A DNA stretch of 64,000 bases from the human T2T-CHM13v2.0 reference genome, Homo sapiens. Both the position numbers and the translations under genes were made by a program. Below the pieces are notes generated by a model. It saw nothing but the letters and a program-made list of their open reading frames with translations, made no database searches and was not told the DNA's origin. The stretch is taken from the NCBI RefSeq assembly GCF_009914755.1, contig NC_060926.1; one strand, given 5' to 3'. Below, piece after piece: positions 40,001 to 55,909 of the stretch (positions are counted from its first letter, which is position 1; every line of letters starts with the position of its first letter).

Positions 40001-43000
40001 AATCTTTGAGGAATGACCAGTTATCTACATCAGATTCCCACCGCATCCTGCCTGTGACTAATTGAAAGGTTCTGAGGCAGAACGAAGGGGTTTTCACCTA
40101 CTCAGAATGGCCTCCATCTAGCTCAGAAACAGGGTTCTCCACAAGACAAGGGGAGATAAAGCATTCTTCCTACAATTTTCTACATCTCAATTTCCATCAT
40201 TTAATTTTTATCTTTCCATATTGTCTTTTGAAGACAAAAGTTGGCATGTGATGGAGGATTTCATCCTGAGAGAAATTCAATCCTCTGAAAGGGCAAACAC
40301 AGGAGATTGTAAGAGTGGAGCACTGTAAACTCTAGTTAGATAGTCCCGCAGCTCCACTGGACAGAGAAGCCTACAGGATGCATTAATGTACTCAGCAATT
40401 ATTATCCTGAGCATCTTGTCACGAATCTCCACAGCCCAGGAGAGCCATGCCAGATAAATAAGGCCTGAGCACTGCACACTAAGCTCAGGATGTGCACAGC
40501 AAACACCTCCTTAAACTTCAAATCAGAGAGAGGCCAATACCAACCAGGAGGGCTGCAAAGCACACCAATGAGAGACATTTTCTTCCTATTCAAGGAGGAC
40601 GAATCAGCAAAAGAACAACAAAAATGGCTATTACTATACACACACACACACACACATACACACAAATGAAAGGAATTTGAAACATAAAATAAGGCAGAAG
40701 ATAGTGACTAAATCAGAAGAGAAGTGTGTTAGGCAAAGGTTAGCTACTGAAAAAAAGCGCTAAGTTTTAGAAAGTAACTTTTTTCATGTTCCTGATGACA
40801 TTCAAGAAGACATGATCTCTTTAAAGTAAGAGATGAAACATCTGATCAAATGACAATAATTTAAAAAGGAGTCTAAATTTACTTTTCTGTCTTTCCATGG
40901 GCTTTTGTAGCTTTCATCATTTAGGCTTTGCACGGCTTTTTTCAATTTACCCCTATATATTTTAGGCTTTATAGGTTTCATGGTTATTTTAAACTGATTT
41001 TTCCCCCATTACTTTGTTCTAGTTAATTATTTAAGAAGTAAGGAAAATCCCAGTTGTGGAACAGTGATCACATTACTGAACCCACTTTTTATAATACTGT
41101 TCAGTTGACTCTTGAATGTTCCAATTGATGTTCACTTTATCTGTGACAAAAATTGGGATCTTACATACCTAATTATTTTTTCCCATCTCACTGAATTGCC
41201 TAAGATATCAATACAATGTTAACGATTAAATAAATAGAAGGACCTCATTAGCTTCATTTCATCATTTGTAATATTGTTGTTTTAATAATAATAGCATCTG
41301 CCACAGAGTGACATTGCAAAGAGTCAATCAGATAACATGTGAGAAAATTATTAGAACAGTAAATACCTGCCCATGGTTTGCCCTCTGTGGCAGTGATTAT
41401 CACCTTTGCTATTATTTTTGTTTTCAGGTAACTAGAATCCTTTTAATTTTCACCCTATTGGTGAAATCTTCCTAATAGATATTCTTATCAAGGCAAAGGA
41501 GTTTTCCTCTAATCTTAGATTGAGCTCAGGAATACTTCATTCAGAGTCTTTCAAGTTGATCCTGTGGTTTTTCTTCTGTAACTAGTTAAAGTCGCCAACT
41601 ACATTTTAGAGTTCCTAAACTTAAACCAGCCCTACTTGGAATCCTACTTCATTGTTATGTATACAATGTTGGATTTAAGTTGTTCAGTTTTATTCTTTCA
41701 GAACCTTTCACTGTCTTCAGAAGTGAGATAGATCTATTTGTTTCTATATTCCTAATCTTAGTATCATAATAGTTTTGTCTTATAAAATGAGTGGAGAAGT
41801 TTCCGATCTGTATTCAAGGGCTATAGAGTGTACATGATAGGAAAGACGTTGGTAAGTCTCTTTTATATACTATCCAGGTCTGATGTTTATTCAAGGACAG
41901 AACTCTGACTAGCTTTTTAATTTATTTTATGATTGCTGATCTAATCTAGACTTCTGTGTCTTTTGGAGGCTCTTGGCAATTTATATTTCTTGAGAAATAA
42001 ATTTTCTTTTAAAATCTAGTCTATATCCATAATTCTGCAGTATTTCTTTATAATAATGTTATTTTTAAAATCTATTTTTCTTAGTCAAACTTGCCAAAAA
42101 TTGGTGTATTTTATTTGTTCAAAGAAACAGTTTTTAGTCTTATTAATCAAGTGTTCTGTTTTTAAGTCTGGTGGTTTGTGTTCTAGTTCATGGATTTCTG
42201 CTTTTATGTTTATTAACTTTCTCTTATTTTCATTTTGTTTACTTTCTTATTCTTTTTCCAGCTCATTGAGTTGAATAATCCATTCAGTTATCATCTTTCC
42301 TTATAAAAAATTTAAGGTCATAATTTTCTTCTCTCGCAATAATTTTGTCCAAATCATAGAGATTTTATTTGTAATGCTATCATGCTTCATTTCGAAATAA
42401 TTTATTTGAATTTTTATTTTCCTTTTAACCCAAGAATTATTTATTGAGTGTTTTAAAATGATTAAGTCAATTGATATTTTTATTTTTGTTTGATCCTATC
42501 TCCTAATATTACACTGTGGTCAGAAATCACACACAATATGACTTCTGCTTTGAAGAATTTATTTAACATGTCTTTGTGGGCTAGCATAATGGTTAAGAGT
42601 ACAGACTTATGCTTAGAATAGTACCTGGTACACAGTAATTGCCATGTACTCAAGGACAATTTTTATGTATTTTTGTATACACATTTGAAAAATGTGTGCA
42701 CATAGTTTATGCATGTTTATTTTATTTATTGTGTTAGTTAAATTCTAAATCCTTATTTATATACTATTTGTGAAATTGACCTTTTGAATACTCAGATAAC
42801 CATCTTGAAGTCTTTTACTCTTTGAAATCCTAACATTTTTCTATGTATTGGATGCTACATTATTTCCAACATAAAAATTCATTATTTTACCTCCTAGCTC
42901 CTTGGTAGGTTGCATCATGTACAGTTTATTTCATATCCACTTTCTTTTCATTAGCATTCTTCTGTTTATTTTTAAACTTTCTATGTCATTTAAATTTTTT

Positions 43001-43066
43001 TTATTTTTAAGTGAACTTTGTTATGAAATATAACGGCATTTTCTTTTGGGTAATTCTCTTCTAAAT

Positions 43067-43103
<37 letters not shown>

Positions 43104-43379
43104 TATAACGGTATTTTCTTTTAGGTAATTCTCTTCAAAATTGTGTGTGTGTGTGTGTGTATTCTTTTTTAACCCATACTAAATATGTACTAAAAGTTGA
43201 ATTTGATCCATTTATACGTACTGTGTTCACTGATATGTTCAATTTATTCTTGACATATTACTTTTTAAATTTTTTATGCCTTATTGCTATTGCTCTTTTT
43301 GTGCTTTAATACTAGTTTTTAAAATCTAATTCAGTACAATTTATTGAATCTTTATTTATTGTTTTAGTAGCTTGAATAT

Positions 43380-43870
43380 TTTCTGTCAGCATTCATATGT
43401 CTCTCTTCCCACCCTTTGTAAAAGAACTTTGCTTTCATTTAAGTATTCATTCTCTGCTACACACACACATGCTTCAAGGCAGGCAGGTCCCAAGGGAATT
43501 ATTTGTTATTGGTTCAAGTCAAGTCTCACTCCTTTAAACTGTGATCGGTTTAATCTTGGTCATGTGATGCTATTTCTGTCTTATGAAGCTAAATCTACTT
43601 GGGGGTTATTGGGAAATATCTTTATGGCTTAAAACACACATGCAAGTGCACGCGCGTGCACACACACACACACACACGAAGACACAGACTCTCCTTTTCC
43701 ACTAAGTGTTGTTCTAACCAGATATCATAATCCAGAAAAGTTGATGCCATCTTCCAACTATCTTCTAATCTGAGGACAAGCCCCCTTCTGAAGATGGCAG
43801 AAAGGGAAAGAGAAAGAATCTCAGTCCTTTAGGTTATGTTTAAGTCCCCAAATGAACCAAACCATTATTT
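43380..43870 (+). mobile_element. MLT1K/J-like MaLR LTR remnant with internal (CA)n
   Basis: 'ggtcatgtgatgc...gggaaatatc...gccatcttccaac...gaagatggcagaaagggaaag'. Confidence 0.55.
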
Positions 43871-44113
43871 GACATGAGAATATCACAAAATAATTATTTC
43901 AGATTGCTGTGGAGTTCTATCTTGGTCAGGCATAAAACTCTGGTTTTATAAACATCTTCCCTCACAGTTATGAAGACATTCTCTATTGTCTTTTAGCATC
44001 CCATTGAATTATTTTTCTTTTCTTCTTATTTCTTATAAATTCTTTTTCCCTCTGAAAAAAAAATTGCATGCTTTTCTCTTTAAGAAAATTTGCTTAGAAT
44101 GCTTCTCTCTTTC

Positions 44114-44511
<398 letters not shown>

Positions 44512-47500
44512 TAACAAAAATGTCTTTATTCTGCTCAGAAAAGATTTCTTCTATCATTTACTTGGTCATTCCTTTTTTTTCTAATCTCTTGGGTTTCCCC
44601 TGTTAAAAAGCTGTTGGAACCACTGACTACTTCCTCTTTCTTACCATTGACTAAATACTTCTCATTTGGCACTTTGTCCTATAACATTTCTACTCAGTCT
44701 TGCAGTTCTCAGTCTTTAGCCATATCCATTTTGACAGTCAGCCCACAAGTAGAATTTTCAAGCAAACATACTTCAGATTTCTAAGAATTCTGCTTCTTTT
44801 TCATGGCAGTCTTCCTTTTGTAATGGGTACAAAAGTCTGTTAACTCCCTAGCTAACATTAACCACAATTATTTCAAAGTTGATTTGATTCCCTCTATTAT
44901 CTGTAGTTATTGAGAGTTTGTTCTACTATTTGTTGAGTTAGATGTGCTTCAGATGCACATTTCTTCAATCGTTACGCTTTCTTTATTGTCTGTTCATGTT
45001 TGTAGATGTGAAATCACATCAATAGTTGTAGTAGATATAGTTTATTTATTCAGTCCAGTGGGAATTCCTGTTTGCCTAAAAATAAACGTAGGATCTTATT
45101 ACCATTGTCCACCTCCAGGAACAATACAAGTTAGAGGATAATGTTTTGGTAGTAAATTGTTTAAAGAATTCAGTTCTTGATATTCATAAGCTAGTCAGAC
45201 GTTTTCCCACTTCTCTGGATCAACTTTAAGGGTATCTTTTATCAGAAATTCCATTTTAGAGACATGTATTAAAGATAGATACTGAAGCTCTAGAAAACTA
45301 GAAGATATTCAATCCACAGCTCAGAAAGGAAGGATTTCATAGACAATAAAAAGCATATGGAAAGAGTTTTGACCAGTAAAGAAAGCCCCTATTTATCTTA
45401 AGCTAATCCTTGGGTTCTTTTGAAAACTAAATTACTTCTGTCAGATTTTAAGGTGGTGACTTCCACAGCTCTGTGGACACCTTCATGACTTTCCGGTGCT
45501 GCAGTGTATTGTTTTCTTTCTGTTGTTGTTGTCGTTTATGGGACTTGGGGAAGAAGAGGTAGGCCATCATGTTGAGTTATCTATTTTGAACAGGGCTGGA
45601 ATAAATCAGCATTAATCTGAAAAGGTGAATAAACTCAACATACAGTGAGCAATGTTAACAAAAAACATAGGTATATCTTGCTGTATTTTAAAATTTCAAG
45701 CATAAAGTAAAAAATCTTGCAGATAAAATAAGCAAACACAGAGTGACCAAATCAGATTGATCTCAGACTTCTCTAGCCAACAAGTTTCAAGAAAAAGAAG
45801 AAAAGAAGTTCAGTCTTCTCAGCTGTTTCAGCCTGAGGGCCTGGGAGAGCCCAAACTCATCCGGGGCTGAAGGGATCTCCAACACAGCATAGTTGCGCTA
45901 CCAAAAAGTAGCCAAACTGCTTCTTTAAGCAGGTCTCTGATCCTGTCCCTTCTGACTGGATAAGACCTTCCAACCAGGGTCTCTAGCCACCTCCTGCAGG
46001 TGTGTTCAGGCTGGCAATAGGTCAGTACGCCCCTGGGATGCAGTTCCTGGAGGAAGGGGCAGCCTGCCATCTTTGCTGTTTCACAGCCTTCACTGGTGAT
46101 ACCTCCAGGTAGGAAAAAAACTGAGGCAACTGGGGTCTGGAGTGAACACCTAGCAAACCTCAGCAGCCCTAAAGAAGAGTGGCCAGACTGTTGAAAGAAA
46201 AACAAATAAAAACAACAACAACAACAACAAAATACAAAAACCCCATCCAAAGATCAGCAACCTAGAAGATTGAAGGTAGATAAGCTCACAAAGATGAGAA
46301 AGAATCAATGCAAAAATGCTGAAAACTAAAAAAATCAGAGTGCCCCTTTTCTACCAAATAATCACAATAACTCTCCAGCAAGGGCTTAGAACTGGGCTGA
46401 GGCTGAGGTGGCTGAAATGAAAGAAATAGTTTCAGAAGGTGGGTAATAACAAACTTCACTGAGCTAAAGGAGCATGTTGTAACCCAATGCCAAGAAGCTA
46501 AGAATCATGATAAAACAATACAGGAGCTGACAGCCAAAACAGCCAGTTTAGAGAGGAATATAACTGACCTGTTGAAGCTGAAAAACACACTACAAGAACT
46601 TCACAATTCAATCACAAGTATCAATAGCAAAATAGACCAAGGGGAGAAAAGAATCTCAGAGCATGAAGACTATCTTTCTGAAATAAGACAGGCAGACAAG
46701 AATAGAGAGAAAAAGAATGAACAAAACCTCCAAGAAATATGGCAGTATGTAAAGAGACTGAATCTATGACTGATTGGGGTACCTGAAAGAGACAGGGAGA
46801 ATGGAACCAAGTTTGAAAACATACTTCAGGATATCATGCAGGAGAACTTTCCCAGCCTACCCAGACAGGCCAACATTCAAATTCAGGAAATGCAGAGAAC
46901 CCCAGTAAGATATTCCATGAGAAGATCATCCCCAAGGCACAAAATCATCAGATTCTCCAAGGTTGAAATGAAAGAAAAAAATGTTAAGGACAGCCAGAGA
47001 GAAAGGCCTGGTCACCCACAAAGAGAAGCCCATTAGACTAATAGTGGACCTCTCAGCAGACACCCTACAAGCTAGTAGAAATTGGGAGCCAATATTCAAC
47101 ATTCTTAAAGAAAAGAATTTCCAAACCAGAATTTCCTATCTAGCCAAGCTAAGCTTCATAACTGAAGGAGAAATAAGATCATTTTCAGACAAGCAAACGC
47201 TGAGGGAATTTGTTATCACCAGACCTCCCTTGCAAGAGCCCCTGAAGGAAGCACTAAATATGGAAAGGAAAAACCATTATCAGCCTCTAAAAAAACACAC
47301 TGAAGTACACAGACTAGTGACACTATGAAGTAATCACATAAACAAGTCTGCAAAATAAACAGCTAGCATCATGGTGACAGGATCAAATCCACACATAACG
47401 ATGCTAACCTGAAATGTAAATGGGCTATATGACCCAATGAAAAGACACAGAATGGCAAGCTGGATAAAAAAACCAAGACCTATCAGTATGCTACCTTCAA

Positions 47501-47605
47501 GAGACTCATCTCACATGCAAAGACACACACGGGCTCAAAATAAAAATATGGAGCAAAATTTACCAAGAAAATGGAAAAGAGAAAAAAGCAGAGGTTGCAG
47601 TCCTA

Positions 47606-47972
<367 letters not shown>

Positions 47973-48743
47973 GGAAGAGAGAAAAAGAAAAAGAAAGAAA
48001 GAAAATTTAAGAAGACAGAGAAGGGCATTACATAAGGGTAAAGGGTTCAATTAAACAAGAAGAGCTAACTATCCTAAATATGTATGTGCCCAATACAGGA
48101 GCACCCAGATTCATAAAGCAAGTTCTTAGACACATTCAAAGAGACTTAAACTCCCACATAATAATAGTAGGAGACTTTAACACCCCACTGACAATATTAC
48201 ATAGATCATTGAGACAGAAAATTAACAAAGATATTCAAGACCTGCACTCTGCTCTGGACAAAGTGGACCTGATAGATATCTACAGAACTCTCCACCTAAA
48301 AGCAACAGAATATACATTCTTCTCATCGCCACATAGCACTTATTCTAAAACTGATCACATAATTAGAGGTAAAACACTCTTCAGCAAATGCAAATGCAAA
48401 AAGTCATAACAGCCTCTCAGACCAAAGTGCAATCAAATTAGAAATCAAGAATAAGAAATTCACTCAAAACCACACAGCTACATGGAAACTGAATAACCTG
48501 CTCCTGAATGACCCTTGGGTAAATAATGAAATTAAGGCAGAAATCAAGAAGTTCTTTGAAACTAATGAGAACAAAGATACAACGTAGCAGAATCTCTGGG
48601 ACCTGGCTAAAGCAGTGTTAAGAGGGAAATTTATAGTGCTAAAATGCTCACATCAAATAGAAAGACCTCAAGTTAACAACTTCAAATCACAACTAAGAAG
48701 CTAGAGAACCAAGAGCAAACAAACCCCAAAGCTAGCAGAAGAC

Positions 48744-49007
48744 TTAAATTGTTCTGTATTTTTAAATTGCCAAGAAAAACAACTTTGTAAATTTGAAGAT
48801 ATTTTCCAACAGCTTTTCGTCTTCAGTGTCTTAATGTGGAAGTTAACCCTTACCAAAAAAGGAAGTTGGCAAAAACAGCCTTCTAGCACACTTTTTTAAA
48901 TGAATGATGGTAGCCTAAACTTAATATTTTTATAAAGTATTGTAATATTGTTTTGTGGATAATTGAAATAAAAAATTCTCATTGAATGCAAAAAAAAAAA
49001 AGAAAAA
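48744..49007 (+). pseudogene. 5'-truncated processed retrocopy of an mRNA 3'UTR end (tentatively YES1-like, from memory only)
   Basis: About 245 bp of non-L1 AU-rich sequence, AATAAA at 48967-48972 and poly(A) from 48990. It sits between the contiguous L1 ORF2 words gctagcagaagac and aagaaataacc. Confidence 0.8.
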
Positions 49008-49974
49008 AGAAATAACCAAGATCAGAGCTGAGCTGAAAGAGATAGAGACACACAAAAAGACCCTCAAAAAATCAACAAATTCAGGAGCTGGTTTTTTGGA
49101 AAAATCAGTAAAATAGATAGACTACGGGCTAGGCTAATAAAGAAGAAAAAAGAGAAGACTTAAGTAAACACAATCAGAAATGATAAGGGGGATATTACCA
49201 CTGACCACACAGAAATACAAACAACCACCAGAGAATACTATAAACACCTCTATACACATAAACTAGAAAGTCTAGAAGAAATAGATAAATTCCTGGACGC
49301 ATACACCCTCCCAAGACTGAAAAAGGAAGAAACTGAATCCCTGAATAGACCAATAATGGGTTCTAAAATTAAGTCAGTAATAAATAGCCCGCGAACCAAA
49401 AAAAGGCCAGGACCAGACAGATTCGCAGCTAAATTCTACTAGAGGTACAAGGAAGAGTTGGTACCATTTCTACTAAAACAATAACGAAAAATTGAAAAGG
49501 AGGGACTCTTCCTTAACTAATTCTATGAGGCCAGCATCATCCTCATACTGAAACCTGGCAGAGATATGACCAAAAAAAAGAAAAAAAAGGAAAACTTCAG
49601 GCCAATATCCTTGATGAACAATGATGCAAAAATCCTCAACACAACACTGGCAAACCAAATTCAACAGCACATCAAAAAGCTTATCCACCAAATCAAGTAG
49701 ACTTCATTCCTGGGATGCAAGGTTGGTTCAACGTACACAAATCAATAAATGTGATTCACCACATAAACATATCTAAAGACAAAAACCACATGATTATCTC
49801 AATAGATGCAGAAAAGGCCTTTGATAAAATTCAACACCCCCTCATGTTAAAAACTCTCAATAAACTAGGTATTAAAGGAACATACTGCAAAATAATGAGG
49901 GCTATATTTGACAAACCCATTGCCAAAATTATACTGAATGGGCAGAAGCATTCCCCTTGAAAATCAGCACATGA

Positions 49975-50154
<180 letters not shown>

Positions 50155-51210
50155 TGAGCTGATAAGCAACTTCAGCAAAGTCTCAGGATACAAAATCAAT
50201 GTGCAAAAATTGCTAGCATTCCTATACATATATAGGCAAGCTGAGAGCTAAATCATGAATGAACTCAATTTACAATTGCCACAAAAAGAATTAAAAAAAA
50301 CTAGAAATACAGCTAACAAGGGAAGTGAAGGACCTCTTCAAGAATAACTAAAAACCAATCCTCAAAGAAATCAGAAAGGATACAAACAAATGGAAAAACA
50401 TTCCATGCTTCTGTATAGGAAGAATCAATATCATAAAAATGGTCATACTCTCCGAAGCAATTTATAGATTCAATGCTATTATCATTAAACTACCATTGAC
50501 ATTCTTCACAGAATTAGAAAAAAACTATTTTAAAATTCATATGGAACCAAAAAGGAACCTGAATAGCCAAGACAATCCTAAGCAGAAAGAACAAAGCTGG
50601 AGGCATCAAGCTACCAGACTTTGAACTATACTACAAGGCTACAGTAACCAAAATAGCATAGTACTGACACAAGAACAAACACATAGACCAATGGAACAGG
50701 ATAGAAAACCTAAAATAAGACTGCACATCTATAACCATCTGATCTTCAACAAACCTGACAAAAACAAGCAATGGGGAAAGGATTCCCTATTTAATAAATG
50801 GTGCTGGGAGAACTGGCTAGCCATATGCAGAAAATTGAAACTGGACACCTGCCTTACACCATATATAAAAATCAACTCAAGATGGATTAAAGACTTAAAT
50901 GTAAAACCCAAAACCATAAAAACCCCAGAGGAAAATCTAGGCAATACCTTTCAGGACATAGGCACAGGCAAAGATTCCATAATAAAGATGCCAAAAGCAA
51001 TTGCAACAAAAGCAAAAATTGACAAATGAGATCTAATTAAACTAAAGAGCTTCTGCACAGCAAAAGAAACTATCATCAGAGTGAACAGAACACATACAGA
51101 ATGGGGAAAATTTTTGTAATCTAACCATATGACAAAGATCTAATATCCAGCATCTATACGGAACTTAAACAAATTTACAAGAAAAAAAATCCCATTAAAA
51201 AGTGGGCAAA

Positions 51211-51449
<239 letters not shown>

Positions 51450-52185
51450 TCATTAGAGAAATACAAATCAAAATCACAATGAGATACCATCTCACACCAG
51501 TCAGAATGGCTGTTATTTAAAAGTCAAAAACAGCAGAAGAAATGCTTTTACACTATTGGTGGCAGTATAAATTAGTTCAACCATTGTAGAAGAGAGTGTG
51601 GCAATTCCTCAAAGACCTAGAGGCAGAAATACCATTTGACCCAGCAATCCCATTACTGGGTATATACCCAAAGGAATATAAAGCATTCTGTTATAAAGAT
51701 ACATGCATGCACATGTTCATTGCAGTACTATTCACAATAGCAAAGACATAAAATCAGCCTAAATGCTGATCAATGATAGACTGAATGAAGAAAATGTGGT
51801 ACATATATACCATGGAATACTATGCAGCCATAAAATACATTAAGATGATGTGTTTTGCAGGGACATGGATGGAGCTGGAGGCCATTATCCTCAGCAAACT
51901 AATGCGGGAACAGAAAACCAAATACTGCATGTCCTCACAAGTGAGAGATAAATGATGAAAACACATGGACACATGGTGGATGGGGTCGACACACACTGAG
52001 GCTTGTTGGAGGGTGACACGGGGAGGAAGAGAGCATCAGGAAGAGTAGCTTAGGGATGTTGGTCTTAATACCTCGGTGATGGAATGACCTGTGCAACAAG
52101 AGACCATGGCACACATTTACCAGTGTAATAAACCTGAACATCCTGCACACATATCCCTGAAGTTAAAATAAAAGTTGGAAATCAA

Positions 52186-52318
52186 AAAAGAAAGAAAAAA
52201 GAAAGAAAGGAAAGGAAAGCAAAGGAGAAAGGAAGAAAAGAGAGAAGAAGGAAGGAAGGAAGGAAGGGAAAGAAAGAGAGAGAGAGAGAAAGAAAAAGAA
52301 AGAGAAAGAAAGAAAGAA

Positions 52319-52382
<64 letters not shown>

Positions 52383-52387
52383 AAAAA
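52186..52387. repeat. Polypurine (GAAA)n/(GGAA)n/(GA)n tract derived from the L1 tail
   Basis: About 200 bp almost purely A/G, ending in a perfect GAAA run. Confidence 0.97.
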
Positions 52388-52535
52388 CAAAACAGCATGA
52401 AGCCTACAGATCTTAGGATATAGTTTCATGATGCATGCCTAAATTTAATAGAGAGACATTGAATGTCCACGTATGAGTGTGCAAATAAAGCACACCATAA
52501 AATTTCTAAATAAGCTATTTGAAAAAGTGTATTTT

Positions 52536-52863
<328 letters not shown>

Positions 52864-53889
52864 TCAAAATGACTAACTCACAAATGATGAAAATGTATTA
52901 TGTGTGAAGAGATTGTCAATGATCATTGAAATCTGTTCTATAGACAGTTTTAGAGGAAAGCAACAAAAATGGTTGATGAGGGATAAAATTAATAATAACC
53001 ATCTGACCTAAAATTTATAGATTATCAAAAGAAAACCCAGAAATGGGTGGGTGGATGGGGTGGACTATCATATTAGGGCAGAAGTTATTTTACACTGATG
53101 ATTAGATGTTTAAATGTTTGAATGTGTATATGTGTATTTTAAAAGAAAAACCTAGTAGAATTAAAATGGATATTACAAATGATGACAAAATAATAAAATA
53201 GCAAAGTTTTTCTAATATAGAGGTTGTAGATTTGAGTAACCATCAAAAATCATGTTCTAGGATACAAAGTTGATATCTACTAATTGTATCTGAGCTGCTA
53301 CTATTGAGCTCAGCTTCTTTTGCAATCTTACTCATCTTCGTGCAACCTGGTACATCAGGCACAAGCACTTGATCATTTTAATTTTACTCTTCTTTCACAA
53401 CTTTTGTTGTAACTTATTTCATATTTAAGTGCCTAATTCTAATTGAGAGTATCCAGTAACTATGTATGGACTTTAACTAAGCTTATTTTGTCTGGTTTTC
53501 ACTAACCTGAATTGGGTATACAGTTCACATAGTCTGCAACAGATAAAAATAAAATAATCTCTTTATGCATATATCCATTATATGCATCACTTAAATAACA
53601 CTGGATTCATGGGTTTTCACAGAAATTTTAAGGCTCAAATAATCCTGACTTGGCTGGGGGAAAACAAGCTAAGCTGGCTTCTTTGTCTTTTCAAACATTT
53701 TAAAAATGACTTTTACTTTGTGACAATATTAAGATACCACAAAGTTCTTCTAACACAAAACACAGTCAGCTCTCCCTCTAGAGCCTTGGTTCTTTTAATT
53801 AAAAAAAAACAGAATTAAAAATACAAAATGTGGCACTAGATGTGCATGGTAGATTTTATATATGAGGCCAGTAGTGGGTGATATTGCTA

Positions 53890-54685
53890 TGTAAACACAT
53901 AAGTAACAGTGCTAGGAAGGATAAGGCCCTATAACTTCCCATTGGTGTTCTCAACTTAATTCCAAATTTGTGATTCTTAAAATTTGTTATAATACAAAAT
54001 CTGTTCATTTATTGATTCTCAGCTACAAATGCATCACTTACTGTCTGCTCTGAGAAAATGGGACTGGGTCCTTTAGCTATTTTTCCTTTGCCATCTGGCA
54101 TAATGCTAATATTGTTGGTAGATGGCACTGGAGAAACATTATAGGAGCAAGGACTTTTCTTTCCTGGTTCTGGTGTACTTGCTCAGTCCAGCTTTTGCAG
54201 CCTGGGCAGCCTATTCAGCATCTAATTATTGTAGTGTACAGTGGTCAGAAATCAGTAGCCAACCACTTCCCTTGGTGTCCTACTTGGGTGGTTTTGTAGT
54301 CACGTGCCTGCAGCAAGACACCATCCCTTGAACATCTTCCCCAGCAACTTAAAGGGCGAATTTCCAGCAAGTTCCACTGGTGTAGCACCAAAGTTACCTC
54401 TCTACCATTCAGTGATCCATGATTATGCCTCTCCAACAATGTCTGAATCTCAGCCCTGAGTAGGGCAAGGAGACTGTGTGCGGGGAACTGTACATTGGGT
54501 GCTCTGTCATTGAGCTAGTGATTGTTCCTTAAATCTGCTTATTTTTAATTCTTTAGAATCCTCCTTAAGTCTTATTAACTAATCGTGTTACTCTAATTCT
54601 GTGTGCTAATTAACAATTCTTTATATTAAACTTTGCTCAGTTTTCTGTGTGGTTTCTGTGTATTGATCAGATCCTGACTAATACA
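53890..54685 (+). mobile_element. Ancient ERV-class LTR remnant (subfamily and left edge uncertain)
   Basis: LTR-type 3' end 'attaaactttgctc...gtggtttctgtg...gatcctgactaataca'. Confidence 0.5.
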
Positions 54686-55909
54686 AAATATATTCTGTAT
54701 ATTCCCCATCTTTTCTGAACTGTCGATTTATCTTCTTTCTGTTAAAAACAGCATCATTCTAATAACTAATAAACTATGCTATTATTATTCCTGATTAATT
54801 ACATCTATTTAGAACTTAGATCCCATACACTGCCTTCAATTCCACTCTCCCTTTCACTTACAAGCTATTAAATACATCACATTAACTACTGTCATTTATT
54901 AACAATGAAAATTTGTAACCGCTTTTCTATATAATCCTTCACTAAATTTTAAATCCAAATAACTAAAGACTAATTAGAAATTTATAATAAAAACATAAAA
55001 TACCACATATTAAATTTTAATAGTTAATTTTCATTTATGAGAGTACATTTATTTATAAGGCTTTTAAGGTAAATATATACTACCTCAAATATCTTTCATG
55101 TTTAATCTACAAAGAGTAAAATAAAAAATAAACTTTTATCATTCACAAGTCAGCTCTTTATTATTATTAGAAAGAATAAATCTTATAAATTCAGGAAGAA
55201 TAGGTTGGTAATGATGACAGATTTAATAATACTGGAAACAGAAAAGTGACATTGACAGAGCTACAAGTTGGTTCTTGGGAAGAAAAGACATAAGAGATAA
55301 AGAACAAAAAGAAGTAATGTAACTATACAATGAAGAATGGTAGGAATGAAGAAAGAAACAAAGGAAGAAGAAAGAGTGTAAGAAAATGGAGTGATAAATA
55401 CAGAGACTGTTTTACACAAAAATAAAATTTAGCATTTATCCCTTAATAAAACTCTTAGAAATCAGAATTGAAGCATATTTCCTTAACATGATTAAGAATA
55501 AAAGTCAAATATCTATTTGAATATAAAATAATGAAGGAATCACCATAGAGTCACAAACATTGTGAGTTTAAAAAAGGAAAGCTTACAAAGGATAAAACAG
55601 TATTATCTCCTTAGAACATATCATATTTTTAAATATAAAAGTTCATAATAATTTAGATTGTGATTTGATAACATAATTACATAATTATATTATTAATCTA
55701 AAATATTATAATTCTGTAGAAGATTCTGTATATTCTTCTGAATGGATTGTGTCTATAGTTGAAAACCCAAATGCTCCAGGTATAAAACCTTTAAGACACC
55801 TCCTTAATCAAAATAGTTTCTTGATCAAATTGAAAGCATAAGGGACAGTAGAAAAGAAATATTTTCATTTAGACTACTTTTACAAACACAAAACCTGTAA
55901 ATAAATGGA

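Noticed and set aside
52117-52429. Lys/Glu/Arg-rich and Phe/Leu/Ser-rich ORFs
   Set aside because: Translations of the (GAAA)n tract.
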